NCBI GenBank assembly: GCA_046313635.1
Contig: JBKBYA010000005.1
Span: 169,529-233,528, forward strand
DNA from: Pyrinomonadaceae bacterium
GTDB lineage: Bacteria > Acidobacteriota > Blastocatellia > Pyrinomonadales > Pyrinomonadaceae
Length of the DNA stretch: 64,000 nt
Reading direction: 5' to 3'
The position numbers and the translations under genes were made by a program. Under the pieces are notes generated by a model, which saw only the letters and a program-made list of their open reading frames with translations, ran no database searches and was not told where the DNA came from. How positions within the stretch are numbered: the stretch's first letter is position 1; the number at the start of each line of letters is the position of its first letter. Below, in pieces: positions 25,892 through 35,817 of the stretch.

Positions 25892-28587
25892 CAGGCAGTC
25901 AACGCCTCCAGATTTTGCTTCAACGTCTTTGCCTGCTGCTCGATCTCGGCCTTGCGGGTGCGGAGCTCTTCGACCTTTTCGGCCGGAGCACGCTCTACGA
26001 AGTTCTGATTCGAGAGCTGACCGTTTATCCGCTGAAGCTCGGTATCGAGCTTTGCGAGCTGGCTGCCGAGCCGCTCGCGCTCCTTGTCAAAATCGATCAG
26101 CCCTTCGAGCGGAACGGCGATCTCGGCCCCGCCGGTGACGACCGCGCGGGCCGAAGCTCGGGGCACGTCGAGCGAGTCGGCCAGTACAAGCTTTTCGAGA
26201 CGCGCGAGCTTGACGATCTGCGCTTCGTTCTCGGCAAATATCCGCTGCATGTCGGCGTCGGCCGCGACGTGCGCGGTGACGCGCTCGCTCGGCTTGATGT
26301 TCATCTCCTGGCGAATATTGCGAACGCGCGAGATGAGCTCGATCACCGCCGACATCTCGCGTTCGGCCTGCTCGTCGATGAGCGACTCGTCGCCCGCCGG
26401 AAATTGAGCGAGCATGATCGACGCGCCGGCCGAGGCGTACGCCGGAGCGTTGAGCTTATTCGAAACGCCCGGCAGCTTTTGCCACAGCTCCTCGGTCAGG
26501 TACGGCATAAAAGGATGCAGCATCCGCAGCGACTGCTCGATGATCGTGATGATCCGCGTTCGCGACGCAGCATCGACCGAGCCGTCGGCCGCCGTGATCG
26601 CGTCCTTTGACAGCTCGATGTACCAATCGCAAAAGTCGTCCCAGAAGAAGTGATAAATGAGCTGCACCGCCTCGTGAAACTGGTACGTCTCGAGCGCCCG
26701 GTTGACCGCGATCTCGGTCTTGCTGAGGCGCGAGATGATCCAGCGGTCGGCGATCGACTCGGCTGCTCTCAGCGAGTCGAGATCGACCGTCGCACCTTCT
26801 GAATTGAGCAGGCAAAACCTGGTCGCGTTCCAGATCTTGTTCGCAAAGTTTCGGTACGTCTCGATCAGCAGATCGTTCCACTTGATGTCCGCTCCGGTCG
26901 CGATCGAGGCAAGATAAATTCGCGTCGCGTCGACCCCGAACTTGTCAAACATCTCGAGCGGATCGACGCCGTTGTTGCGCGACTTTGACATCGGCTTGCC
27001 GTCCTTGCCGAGTACCGTGCCCGTCACGACGACGTCGCGAAACGGCGCTTTGCCGACAAACTTTTTCGTCAGCATCACCATCCTCGAGACCCACAGGAAA
27101 ATGATGTCGCGGCCCGTTACAAGAACGTCGGTCGGAAGAAACGTGTTGAGATCTTCAGTCTCGGTCACGTCGCCGTTCCAGCCAAAGGTCGAGAACGCCC
27201 AAAGTCCCGACGAGAACCACGTGTCGAGCACGTCCTGGTCCTGCGTCAGGTCACGCGTTCCCGCCTTTTCGTACGCTTCCTCGGCGTCGCGCGCGACGTA
27301 GACGTTGCCTTCGCTGTCGTACCACGCGGGTATCTGATGACCCCACCAGAGCTGTCGCGAGATCGTCCAGTCCTTGAGGTTCTCGAGCCAGTTGGTGTAG
27401 ACCTTTGCGTGCGGAACCTCGGGCGAAAAGTGCGGAATTGCGTGCTCGCGCATCAGCTCGAGCGCGAGGTCGCGCATCTCGTCCATTTTGACGAACCACT
27501 GCTCCGACAGTATCGGCTCGACCACGGTCTTGCAGCGCTCGCAGATCGGCAGAGAGACCTCGTAATCCTCGACCTTTTCAAGAAGACCGAGCTCCTCAAA
27601 TCGCTCGACGACCTTTTTGCGCGCCTCAAATCTATCGAGGCCTTCAAAGTCGGCGCCCGCGGCGGCGTTCATCGTCGCGTCGTCGTTCATCACGAGCAGC
27701 TGCGGCAGATCGTGACGCAGGCCGATCGCGTAGTCGTTCGGGTCGTGCGCCGGTGTCACCTTTACGGCTCCGGTGCCGAATTCGGGATCGACATATTCGT
27801 CGGCGACGATCGGTATCTCGCGGCCGGTCAGCGGCAGTGCTATCGTCTGGCCGACGAGGTCCTTGTACCGCTCGTCGCTCGGATGCACGACGACGGCCGT
27901 ATCGCCGAGCATCGTCTCGGGCCGCGTCGTCGCTACCGTCACGGTGCGATCGCTGCCTTTGACGGGATATTTGAGATAGGTGAGCTTGCCGTCCTTTTTG
28001 GTCTCTTCTTTTACCTCGAGGTCGGAGAGAACGGTCTTGTCCCGCGGGCACCAGTTGACGATGCGCAGGCCGCGATAGATCCAGCCTTCGTCGTAGAGCG
28101 TGACAAAGACGTTTCGCACCGCACGCGACAGGCTCTCGTCCATCGTAAACCGCTCGCGCGACCAATCGACCGACGCTCCCTCGCGGCGCATCTGCTCGGT
28201 GATCGTGCCGCCGTATTGTTCTTTCCACGCCCAGGCGCGGCGAACGAATTCCTCACGTCCGATGTCCAGCGGCGATCTGTTCTCGTCCTTGCGGAGCTGC
28301 TCGACGACCTTTCGCTGCACCGAGATGCCTGCGTGGTCAGTGCCCGGCAGCCACAGCGTGCGACAGCCCTGCATTCGCTTCCAGCGGGTCAGAACGTCCA
28401 TCAGCGTATGCTGCAGCGCGTGGCCCATGTGGAGACTGCCGGTCACGTTCGGCGGCGGAATGACGATCGAGAACGCGCGCGCATTCGGGTCCTCGTTGAT
28501 CTCGGGGCGGAAGTAACCGTTCTTTTCCCAGATCTGATAGTGAGTGCTCTCGGCCTCTTTCGGGTCGTAAGCTTTAGCGATTTCCAT
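25891..28587 (-). CDS. valS: Valine--tRNA ligase
   Basis: PPPNVTGSLHMGH, TTRPET, GTGAVKVTPAHD, WTISRQLWWGH, DTWFSS, PMSKS, C-terminal coiled coil. Confidence 0.97.
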   Translation of the reverse strand: MEIAKAYDPKEAESTHYQIWEKNGYFRPEINEDPNARAFSIVIPPPNVTGSLHMGHALQHTLMDVLTRWKRMQGCRTLWLPGTDHAGISVQRKVVEQLRKDENRSPLDIGREEFVRRAWAWKEQYGGTITEQMRREGASVDWSRERFTMDESLSRAVRNVFVTLYDEGWIYRGLRIVNWCPRDKTVLSDLEVKEETKKDGKLTYLKYPVKGSDRTVTVATTRPETMLGDTAVVVHPSDERYKDLVGQTIALPLTGREIPIVADEYVDPEFGTGAVKVTPAHDPNDYAIGLRHDLPQLLVMNDDATMNAAAGADFEGLDRFEARKKVVERFEELGLLEKVEDYEVSLPICERCKTVVEPILSEQWFVKMDEMRDLALELMREHAIPHFSPEVPHAKVYTNWLENLKDWTISRQLWWGHQIPAWYDSEGNVYVARDAEEAYEKAGTRDLTQDQDVLDTWFSSGLWAFSTFGWNGDVTETEDLNTFLPTDVLVTGRDIIFLWVSRMVMLTKKFVGKAPFRDVVVTGTVLGKDGKPMSKSRNNGVDPLEMFDKFGVDATRIYLASIATGADIKWNDLLIETYRNFANKIWNATRFCLLNSEGATVDLDSLRAAESIADRWIISRLSKTEIAVNRALETYQFHEAVQLIYHFFWDDFCDWYIELSKDAITAADGSVDAASRTRIITIIEQSLRMLHPFMPYLTEELWQKLPGVSNKLNAPAYASAGASIMLAQFPAGDESLIDEQAEREMSAVIELISRVRNIRQEMNIKPSERVTAHVAADADMQRIFAENEAQIVKLARLEKLVLADSLDVPRASARAVVTGGAEIAVPLEGLIDFDKERERLGSQLAKLDTELQRINGQLSNQNFVERAPAEKVEELRTRKAEIEQQAKTLKQNLEALTA

Positions 28588-28616
28588 AAGAGAGAAGAAA
28601 ATAAATCTTAAATCAA

Positions 28617-28659
28617 AAGCGGCGGGTTTTCATCCGAATCATCGAAAACCAGCCGCCGA
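28617..28659 (-). terminator. Hairpin with U-tract between the romR-like gene and valS
   Basis: Minus strand GCGGCTGGTTTTC...GAAAACCCGCCGC TTTTGATTT. Confidence 0.5.
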
Positions 28660-28679
28660 AACCCAGGATCAAATTGCCG

Positions 28680-29825
28680 TCAGTCGCCGCCGCGTCCGCC
28701 GCCGCCGAATTTGCGCACGATAAAGGCCTCGACCACCTCGGGCACTACGCGTTCGACGATCTGCCGGATCTCCGACTCGCTCATTCGCTCCGCAACGCGC
28801 CGGGCGATACGCTCGATCGTCTCGTCGGATATTCCGCGGTCGCCGAGCTCGTCGAGCGGCGCCTCCGAGCGTGCATGAGCGTCAGTAGTCGAGGTGCCGA
28901 TCTCGAGTATCTCAGGTTCCGAAAAATCGATCACCGGACCGACCGGCTCCGCGACCGAGTCCCATGGCGTGGGCGCGTTGAGACGCGTCTCGGTTATCGT
29001 CCCGTCGTCCCACGCGTCGTCGTCCGGAAAGGCGGCCGCAGCCTCGCCCGCGGGCTCGCCGGCCTCGTCGGGAACAGGCTCGTCCTCGCTAAAGGCCATC
29101 GCCTCGTCGCCCGCCGACGCGGGGGCCGTCTCGTCCGGCTCGTACAGCGAAGCCTCGGTCTCGGGCTCGTTAGCGAAATACTCCGCGGGCTCGCGATCGG
29201 ATATCGTCCGGATAAAGTTCTCGTCGTCGACGCCGCCTGCCGGCGCGGCCTCGGCCGCGTCCGCGTTTGGCGTCTCGTCGGGCGCGGCGATACCGAGACT
29301 CTCGCCGTAAAGCCTGTCGATGTCTGACGTCGAACGGGGCTCGAGCTCGGCACCGCTCGCCGCGAGCTCGGCCCGCTCGATCTGTATCGTGTCAAGCTGA
29401 TCAGACGCGGTCTCGGCCTCGGGCTGAGACCGGTCGTCCGCGTCAGAGGCGGTCTTGTCGATCAGCTCCGTAACGGTCGCCACCAGCTGCCGGATGGACG
29501 AGAAGGGTTTGGTCAAAACGTCGTTAGCCCCGGCTCGCATCGCTCGCTCCTCGTCAAACGGCTCAAACGATCCGACAAGCAGAACGACCGGCAGATCGCG
29601 CACCTCCTCGGTCGAACGTATCATCTCGCAGATCTCGTATCCGTTAGGCGCCGGCAGATTGACGTCGGCCAGCACGACGTCGGGCCGAAACTCGGACACC
29701 TGTCTGAGCGCGTCGCCGCCGTCGACGGCCGTAAAGACCTCGAATCCTTCATCCGCAAAGGTCAGATTCACCACCTTTTGGATCGTCACCGAATCGTCGG
29801 CAATAAGCAGTTTGCGTTTTGACAC
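28680..29825 (-). CDS. romR: RomR-like response regulator (receiver, acidic disordered linker, conserved C-terminal helices)
   Basis: GTG start at 29825; LLIADDSVTIQKVV, LLVGSFEPFDE..A..A.D.LTKPF, and C-terminal IERIARRVAERMS..IRQIVERVVPEVVEAFI, resembling RomR; adjacent to valS. Confidence 0.65.
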   Translation of the reverse strand: MSKRKLLIADDSVTIQKVVNLTFADEGFEVFTAVDGGDALRQVSEFRPDVVLADVNLPAPNGYEICEMIRSTEEVRDLPVVLLVGSFEPFDEERAMRAGANDVLTKPFSSIRQLVATVTELIDKTASDADDRSQPEAETASDQLDTIQIERAELAASGAELEPRSTSDIDRLYGESLGIAAPDETPNADAAEAAPAGGVDDENFIRTISDREPAEYFANEPETEASLYEPDETAPASAGDEAMAFSEDEPVPDEAGEPAGEAAAAFPDDDAWDDGTITETRLNAPTPWDSVAEPVGPVIDFSEPEILEIGTSTTDAHARSEAPLDELGDRGISDETIERIARRVAERMSESEIRQIVERVVPEVVEAFIVRKFGGGGRGGD

Positions 29826-29899
29826 CTGGACCTCTAACTCGTCGGATCTCGGTCCGCAGGGCCGAGTCCGCAACATTTTAACAGCAACATTCCGAGACT

Positions 29900-30892
29900 T
29901 CACATTCGCACGAGTCTCGCCGCGAGCTCGATCGCCGCGACCATGCTCGACTCGTCGGCGACACCCTTTCCGGCAATGTCGAATGCGGTGCCGTGATCGA
30001 CCGACGTGCGGACGAGCGGCAATCCGAGCGTCACGTTCACGGCCGAACCGAAGGCGAGCGACTTGACCGCTATCGTCGCCTGATCGTGATAGCAGGCGAT
30101 CACAGCGTCAAACTCGCCGCGATGCCCGCGCAAAAAGATCGTGTCCGGCGAGTACGGCCCGCTCACGTCGAGGCCGTGTACCGAGCGGCATGCTTCGACC
30201 GCTGGGATGATCTCGCGCTCCTCTTCGACGCCGAAGAGCCCGCCCTCGGACGCGTGCGGGTTGAGCCCGGCCACAGCGATCCGCGGCTGCCTGCCCAGCA
30301 GCCCGCAAAGTTCGACGGCGGCAAAGCGGATAAGATCGACGAGATTGTCCCTTGTGACCAGAGCGATCGCGTCGCGAAGCGATACGTGGGTCGAGAGCAG
30401 AACGACCCGCAGGTCGCCGCCGAAAAAGCTCATCGCGACCCGCGGCGTGCCGGTGAGGCTTGCAAGAAATTCCGTATGACCGGGAAAGTCGAAACCGGCC
30501 ATCGCGATCGCGGCCTTGCTGATGGGCGCCGTGGCAAGGCCGTCGATCTCTCCGCTTCGCCACAGCTCGACGGCGGTCTCGATGTACTTGGCAGACGCAC
30601 GGCCCGTCACCGCCGCGTCGCGGCCGATCTCGAGATCGTCGGGCAGTTCTCCTGTCTCAAGGACGCAAACCGCTCTGGGCCGCGGCGTTTGACGATCGGT
30701 AAGCTCCAACTCGGCCCCGACGCTCGCCGCGACGCGGCGCAGCATTTTTAGGTCGCCGATCACGAGCGGCGTAAAACTCTCGGTCCCGCGAAGCCGCGCG
30801 AGCGCCTTGACGACGATCTCGGGACCAATGCCCGCGGGATCGCCCATCGTGATCGCGATCGTAGGAACTCGGGGTCTCGCTTCTTCGCCCAT
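29900..30892 (-). CDS. pdxA: 4-hydroxythreonine-4-phosphate dehydrogenase
   Basis: ITMGDPAGIGPEI, TAPISK, FPGHTEF, GLNPHA, YHDQ, RTSVDHGTAFDIAGKG. Confidence 0.93.
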   Translation of the reverse strand: MGEEARPRVPTIAITMGDPAGIGPEIVVKALARLRGTESFTPLVIGDLKMLRRVAASVGAELELTDRQTPRPRAVCVLETGELPDDLEIGRDAAVTGRASAKYIETAVELWRSGEIDGLATAPISKAAIAMAGFDFPGHTEFLASLTGTPRVAMSFFGGDLRVVLLSTHVSLRDAIALVTRDNLVDLIRFAAVELCGLLGRQPRIAVAGLNPHASEGGLFGVEEEREIIPAVEACRSVHGLDVSGPYSPDTIFLRGHRGEFDAVIACYHDQATIAVKSLAFGSAVNVTLGLPLVRTSVDHGTAFDIAGKGVADESSMVAAIELAARLVRM

Positions 30893-30945
30893 CGATTCGA
30901 ATCTAACCGCTCGACGATCGAATTTACAATCCGCCGCGGCGAAAT

Positions 30946-30974
30946 AAAATAGGGAGCCGCGGGCTCCCTATCTT
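30946..30974 (-). terminator. Terminator after ftsZ
   Basis: Minus strand ATAGGGAGCC-CGC-GGCTCCCTAT TTTATTT. Confidence 0.8.
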
Positions 30975-30998
30975 AAGATCCAGCCTGCGGGCGCGAGG

Positions 30999-32111
30999 CT
31001 AGTCGGCCTGGCGGCGGATGAAGGTCGGGACGTCGATATTCTCGTGTGCCGACGGCTCGTTGGCCGGATAGCCGCCGGGCGCTCCGCCGACCGCCATCAC
31101 GGGCTCGCCAAACCGCGGCTGCGGCACGGCGTTCTGAACGTGGCTGTCAAAGCCCGTCGCGATCACCGTGACACGGATCTCGTCGCGCATCTCGGGCTTG
31201 ATGACGTTGCCCCAGATGATGTCGGCATTCTCGTCGGCCTGCTCCTCGATCATTCGTATCGCATCCTCGATCTGGCCGAGCGGCATATTCTCGCCGCCGG
31301 TCACGTTGATGAGCGCCGCCTTTGCGCCTTTGATCGAGTTCTCCTCGAGCAGCTTGTAGTCGAGCGCCGCTCCCATCGCATCGACCGCCGCGGTGCTGCC
31401 GGTGCTCGCTCCGATGCCCATCAGAGCGACCCCTCGGCCGCGCATCACGGTCGTGACGTCGGCAAAGTCGAGATTGATAACGCCGGGCGTGGTGATCAGG
31501 TCGGTGATGCCCTGCACGGCCTGGAGGAGGATCTCGTCGGCGCGGCGAAAGGCGTCCATCAGAGTGATGTTCTCCTCTACCTCGCGCAGCTTTGAGTTCG
31601 GGATGGTGATGATCGTGTCGACGCAGCCGCGCAGCTCGGCAAGCCCGCGCTCGGCCTGCGCCATACGCTTGCGTCCCTCTACCGCGAAGGGCTTTGTAAC
31701 AACGGCGACCGTCAACGCGCCGAGCTCGATCGCGAGCGACGCGACGACCGGCGCCGCGCCGGTCCCCGTGCCGCCGCCGAGACCGGTCGTGACAAAGACC
31801 ATGTCAGATCCCTCGAGCACGTCGAGCAGCTTCTCGTGGTCCTCGAGCGCGGCTTCGCGGCCGACGTCCGGATTGGCCCCGGCACCGAGCCCGCGGGTCG
31901 ACTTGCCGCCGAGCTGTATCTTGATCGGAGCCTTCGACGCGTTGAGCGCCTGCAGGTCGGTATTGGCGACTATGAATTCGACGCCCTTCACGCCTGCGTC
32001 GATCATCCGGTTGACCGCATTGCCGCCGCCGCCGCCGACGCCGATCACCTTGATGCGCGCGCCCGTGATCGGTGGCTCGTCGATGAACATTTTTATGCCG
32101 CTAGTATTCAT
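30999..32111 (-). CDS. ftsZ: Cell division protein FtsZ
   Basis: [29 protein letters not shown]-terminal [12 protein letters not shown]. Confidence 0.98.
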   Translation of the reverse strand: MNTSGIKMFIDEPPITGARIKVIGVGGGGGNAVNRMIDAGVKGVEFIVANTDLQALNASKAPIKIQLGGKSTRGLGAGANPDVGREAALEDHEKLLDVLEGSDMVFVTTGLGGGTGTGAAPVVASLAIELGALTVAVVTKPFAVEGRKRMAQAERGLAELRGCVDTIITIPNSKLREVEENITLMDAFRRADEILLQAVQGITDLITTPGVINLDFADVTTVMRGRGVALMGIGASTGSTAAVDAMGAALDYKLLEENSIKGAKAALINVTGGENMPLGQIEDAIRMIEEQADENADIIWGNVIKPEMRDEIRVTVIATGFDSHVQNAVPQPRFGEPVMAVGGAPGGYPANEPSAHENIDVPTFIRRQAD

Positions 32112-32217
32112 TGGTAGAAGCTCTCGTTCGTTACAGATCCAATTGCACCCGGGTCGAGGCCCGCGATAAGGCCAGCCGAATTGTCCAAACTAAGTGAGAT
32201 TATTGGTGACGCGAAAC

Positions 32218-32264
32218 TAACTATATGTTGTGCTGTCGGGAAAAAAGGATACAACTATTTGAAA
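32218..32264. promoter_or_regulatory. Tandem NrdR-box-like operators upstream of ftsZ
   Basis: TAACTATATGTTGTGC (32218-32233) and the weaker ATACAACTATTTGAAA (32249-32264), 31 bp apart. Confidence 0.55.
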
Positions 32265-32290
32265 TCAAAATCCAGCGTTAGCGCGACGCC

Positions 32291-33532
32291 CTAGCGAAAT
32301 TTCTCTCTAATGCTCTCAAACCACTCCGCGACCTTTGCGGTGGCCGACCTGCCGCCCGAATGAGCTCCGCCGCGAAGCTGCGACCGCATCGACGACAGCG
32401 CGAGTCCCGCGGCGACCGACCACTGCGGCGATTGAATGCGCTCGACGAGCCCGCCAAAGTATTCCGGCTCGAGAAAGCCGAGCCTCGTCGGCGCGTCAAA
32501 GACCTGTTCGGCGATCTCGACCATTCCCTTGGCCAGCGAACCGCCGCCCGTGAGCACGACGCCGCTCGGCATCTGCGCTCCGGCGGTGAGAGCCTCGTGC
32601 GCGACGTGCTGCAGCAGCTCCACCGCGCGCGGCTGCATTATGTCGCAAAGGATCTCTTTTGAGAGCCCTCGCGTCTCGCTGCGCCCGACCGGCACGATCT
32701 CGATCACCTCGCTGCGCTCCTGCTGGTCCATGAGAAACGATGCGACGCAGCCGTGGTTGTGCTTGATCTTGTTTGCCTCGGGAATCGAGACGCGCAATCC
32801 GACGGCGATGTCCTTGGTAAAGTGCATGCTGCCGAATGGAAAGACCGCGGTGTGCTGGACGGCGCCGCGTCCAAAGATCATGAGGCTCGTGAGTTCGGCG
32901 CCGATATTGACTATCGCACACCCATACTCGCGGTCTTCGTCTGACAGCGTACTTTCTGCGGCGGCGAGCGGTTCGAGCATCATCCTGTCGACCTCGAGTC
33001 CGGCACGCATCACGGCCTTGATCAGATTCTGACTGCCGGCGCTCGGGCTCGTGACGATGTGAACGAGCGCTTCGAGCCGTGCTCCATTCATTCCGACCGG
33101 CTCGGTGATGCCGTCCTGACCGTCGATGATGAACTCCTTAGGCAGACGGTCGACGATCTCCCAGCCCGGCGGCAGAGGCATCGCGCTCGCCGACTCGATC
33201 GCGCGCTGAACGTCGTCCTCCGAGATCTCGCGGCCCGGCCCGGCGACGGCGACTACGCCGTTCTTGTTCTCGCCGCGGAAGTGCTCGCCCGAGAGATTGA
33301 CGACCGCCGACAGCGCGTCGCGGCCGCTCACGCGCTCGGCCTCGCCGACCGCCCGGCGGATCGACTCGGAGACCGATTCGGCCCCGGTCACGATGCCGCG
33401 CCGCAGACCTTTGGAATCGGCCTCGCCGATGCCGACGATGTCCATTCGACCGTTCTCCGACGGCTCGCCGATCACGCATCGGACCTTGCTCGTCCCGACG
33501 TCGATCCCGACCGCTAAGATTTCGCCTTTCAT
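32291..33532 (-). CDS. ftsA: Cell division protein FtsA
   Basis: GIDVGTSKV, SKGLRRG, LEPLAAA, VLTGGGS, amphipathic C-terminus WFESIREKF. Confidence 0.96.
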   Translation of the reverse strand: MKGEILAVGIDVGTSKVRCVIGEPSENGRMDIVGIGEADSKGLRRGIVTGAESVSESIRRAVGEAERVSGRDALSAVVNLSGEHFRGENKNGVVAVAGPGREISEDDVQRAIESASAMPLPPGWEIVDRLPKEFIIDGQDGITEPVGMNGARLEALVHIVTSPSAGSQNLIKAVMRAGLEVDRMMLEPLAAAESTLSDEDREYGCAIVNIGAELTSLMIFGRGAVQHTAVFPFGSMHFTKDIAVGLRVSIPEANKIKHNHGCVASFLMDQQERSEVIEIVPVGRSETRGLSKEILCDIMQPRAVELLQHVAHEALTAGAQMPSGVVLTGGGSLAKGMVEIAEQVFDAPTRLGFLEPEYFGGLVERIQSPQWSVAAGLALSSMRSQLRGGAHSGGRSATAKVAEWFESIREKFR

Positions 33533-33553
33533 ATAAGCTGACTCCCGAACAAA

Positions 33554-34408
33554 CTAGTTGCTGCCGATGAATTCAATGACCGGATACACGCCGCTCGAAT
33601 TTACAGATCTTACGCGGTCGCCCTTGCCGGCGACGGCCTCGATCGCCGACTTGAGGCTCTTTGCAAACTCATCGCGTGAGAGCGTCACGCTGATCGCACG
33701 GCCTGAATCTTCGATCACCGCCCTCGGCTCGAGCAAATCGCTGAGATCGACCTCTCGGACGCGCTTTGCCAGCCCGAACTCGCCCCAGTCGGCCGCCATC
33801 TTTTGAAACATCTTGATGCGGGCCGCATTGTCCTTTGCCGCTTTTTCGCTCTTGCTCTCGTCCCAGCCGCGGATGAGCAGCAGCTCGTGCTGCTCGCTCT
33901 TATCGACCGGCGCGAGTATCTGAGCCTCGTTGTCGATCAGGTAATCGCCCGCCGAGAGGCGAACGAGAGCGATCGGCACGCGCTCGGTCACGACGACCCT
34001 CAGACCGTTAGGGAGAGAGCGTGACACCGACGCGGTCTTGACGAAGGGGAGCTTCTCAACCTTTTGTCGAATGTCGGCAAGGTCGGCGTTCCATACGCCG
34101 CTCCGCTCGGCCTCGCCGCGGGCGATCCGCTCGATGTCCTGTCGTGACGAGCGATCGGTGCCGGCGACCTGCACCTCGCGAAGTTCAAAAAAATTGGATG
34201 CCGTCACCGTGCGATATCCGAAAAAGACGAGAACGCCGAGGCAGATCAGAATGCACGCGCTGATCGCACCGGGGAGAAAGTACTGCCCGAAGGCGCTCGC
34301 GGCGACCGCTCCGCCGCGCGATGCTCGCGATGCCGCCGCGCGGCGCTTCGGCTTGCGCTTGGCCGGAGCGGTTCGTTTGACCGTCTTCTTTTTTACGCTG
34401 GAAGCCAT
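33554..34408 (-). CDS. ftsQ: Cell division protein FtsQ/DivIB
   Basis: Basic cytoplasmic tail, one TM, POTRA domain (LPFVKTASVSRSLPNGLRVVVTERVP); position before ftsA. Confidence 0.88.
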   Translation of the reverse strand: MASSVKKKTVKRTAPAKRKPKRRAAASRASRGGAVAASAFGQYFLPGAISACILICLGVLVFFGYRTVTASNFFELREVQVAGTDRSSRQDIERIARGEAERSGVWNADLADIRQKVEKLPFVKTASVSRSLPNGLRVVVTERVPIALVRLSAGDYLIDNEAQILAPVDKSEQHELLLIRGWDESKSEKAAKDNAARIKMFQKMAADWGEFGLAKRVREVDLSDLLEPRAVIEDSGRAISVTLSRDEFAKSLKSAIEAVAGKGDRVRSVNSSGVYPVIEFIGSN

Positions 34409-34411
34409 CGG

Positions 34412-35815
34412 TTATGCGTGAGTGCTGCCGGCCGCGCGTGCCTGCAATTTTTCGAGGATCTCTTCCGAGAGACGCGTCACGCTGCCGGCACCGAGAGTGA
34501 TGACAAGATCGCCCTCCTGCAGCTGCGGCACGACCGCGTCGGCCGCGGTATCGATGTCGCCGATATAATTTGCGTTCTTGTGACCGTACTTGCGAATGTT
34601 CTCGGTCAGCACCTCGGCGTCGATCCCTTCGATCGGCTGCTCGCTCGCGGCGTAGATGTCCAGCACGTAGAGCACGTCGGCGTTGTTGAATGCAAGCGCG
34701 AACTCGTCAAACAGCTCCTGCGTCCGCGTGTAGCGATGCGGCTGGAACACGACGACCGTCCTGCGTTCGTGAACGCTGTTCTTGGCGGCCGACAACGTCG
34801 CGAGGATCTCGGTCGGATGGTGACCGTAATCGTCGATGACGGTGATGCCGCCGACTTCGCCTTTGAACTGGAATCTCCGGTTTGCGTTTTTGAATCCGGC
34901 AAGCGCATCAGCGATTTTATCAAACGGGATCTCAAGCTCAAGCCCGACGGCGATCGCGGCGAGCGAATTGTAAACGTTGTGCTTGCCCGGCACCGGCAGG
35001 TCGACCTCACCGAGCACCTCCGAGCCGCGCCAGACCGTAAAGGTCGAGCCGAAATTCTCGTTGTACCTGATGTCGTGCGCCGAGATGTCGGCCTGCGCCG
35101 TCAAGCCGTATGTGACGCGGCGGCGGCGGATCTTCGGGATGATGAGCTGCACGTTCGGGTCGTCGAGACAGATGATCGCGGCGCCGTAGAACGGCACTTT
35201 GTTCACAAAATCTGTAAAGCAGAGCACGACGTCGTCCATTCCCTTGTACGACTCCATATGCTCTTTGTCGATATTGGTGACGACGGCGATCGTCGGGTAG
35301 AGCATCAGGAACGAGCGATCGCTCTCGTCGGCTTCGGTCACGAACCACTCAGAGTCGCCCAGCCGCGCGTTTGATCCGAGCACCTCGACCACGCCGCCGA
35401 CCACCGCCGTGGGGTCGATGCCCGCATGACCGAGCACGGTCGCGACCATCGAGGTCGTCGACGTCTTGCCGTGCGTGCCGGCGACGGCGACCGAGTACGG
35501 CTTGAGCGTCATCAGCTCGGCGAGCATCTCCGCCCGAGGTATGACCGGAATGCCCATCTCGCGCGCCATCTGCACCTCGGGATTGTCCTCTTTGACCGCG
35601 CTCGAGTAGACGACGACCTGCGCATCGCCGACATTCTCGGCGGCGTGCCCTTCGCATATCCTGACGCCGGCCGACTCGAGACGATCGGTGACCTTTGAAC
35701 GCTTAAGGTCCGAGCCCGAGACCATGAAGCCGAGATTGACGAGCACCTCGGCGATGCCGCTCATCCCGATGCCGCCGATGCCGATAAAGTGGATCTTCTT
35801 TACTCCTCGAAACAT
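34412..35815 (-). CDS. murC: UDP-N-acetylmuramate--L-alanine ligase
   Basis: Start MFRGVKK at 35815; [43 protein letters not shown]. Confidence 0.97.
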   Translation of the reverse strand: MFRGVKKIHFIGIGGIGMSGIAEVLVNLGFMVSGSDLKRSKVTDRLESAGVRICEGHAAENVGDAQVVVYSSAVKEDNPEVQMAREMGIPVIPRAEMLAELMTLKPYSVAVAGTHGKTSTTSMVATVLGHAGIDPTAVVGGVVEVLGSNARLGDSEWFVTEADESDRSFLMLYPTIAVVTNIDKEHMESYKGMDDVVLCFTDFVNKVPFYGAAIICLDDPNVQLIIPKIRRRRVTYGLTAQADISAHDIRYNENFGSTFTVWRGSEVLGEVDLPVPGKHNVYNSLAAIAVGLELEIPFDKIADALAGFKNANRRFQFKGEVGGITVIDDYGHHPTEILATLSAAKNSVHERRTVVVFQPHRYTRTQELFDEFALAFNNADVLYVLDIYAASEQPIEGIDAEVLTENIRKYGHKNANYIGDIDTAADAVVPQLQEGDLVITLGAGSVTRLSEEILEKLQARAAGSTHA

Positions 35816-35817
35816 AT

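Noticed and set aside
28588..28679. T-box riboswitch upstream of valS
   Set aside because: Only 92 bp of intergenic space and no T-box bulge motif; just one hairpin
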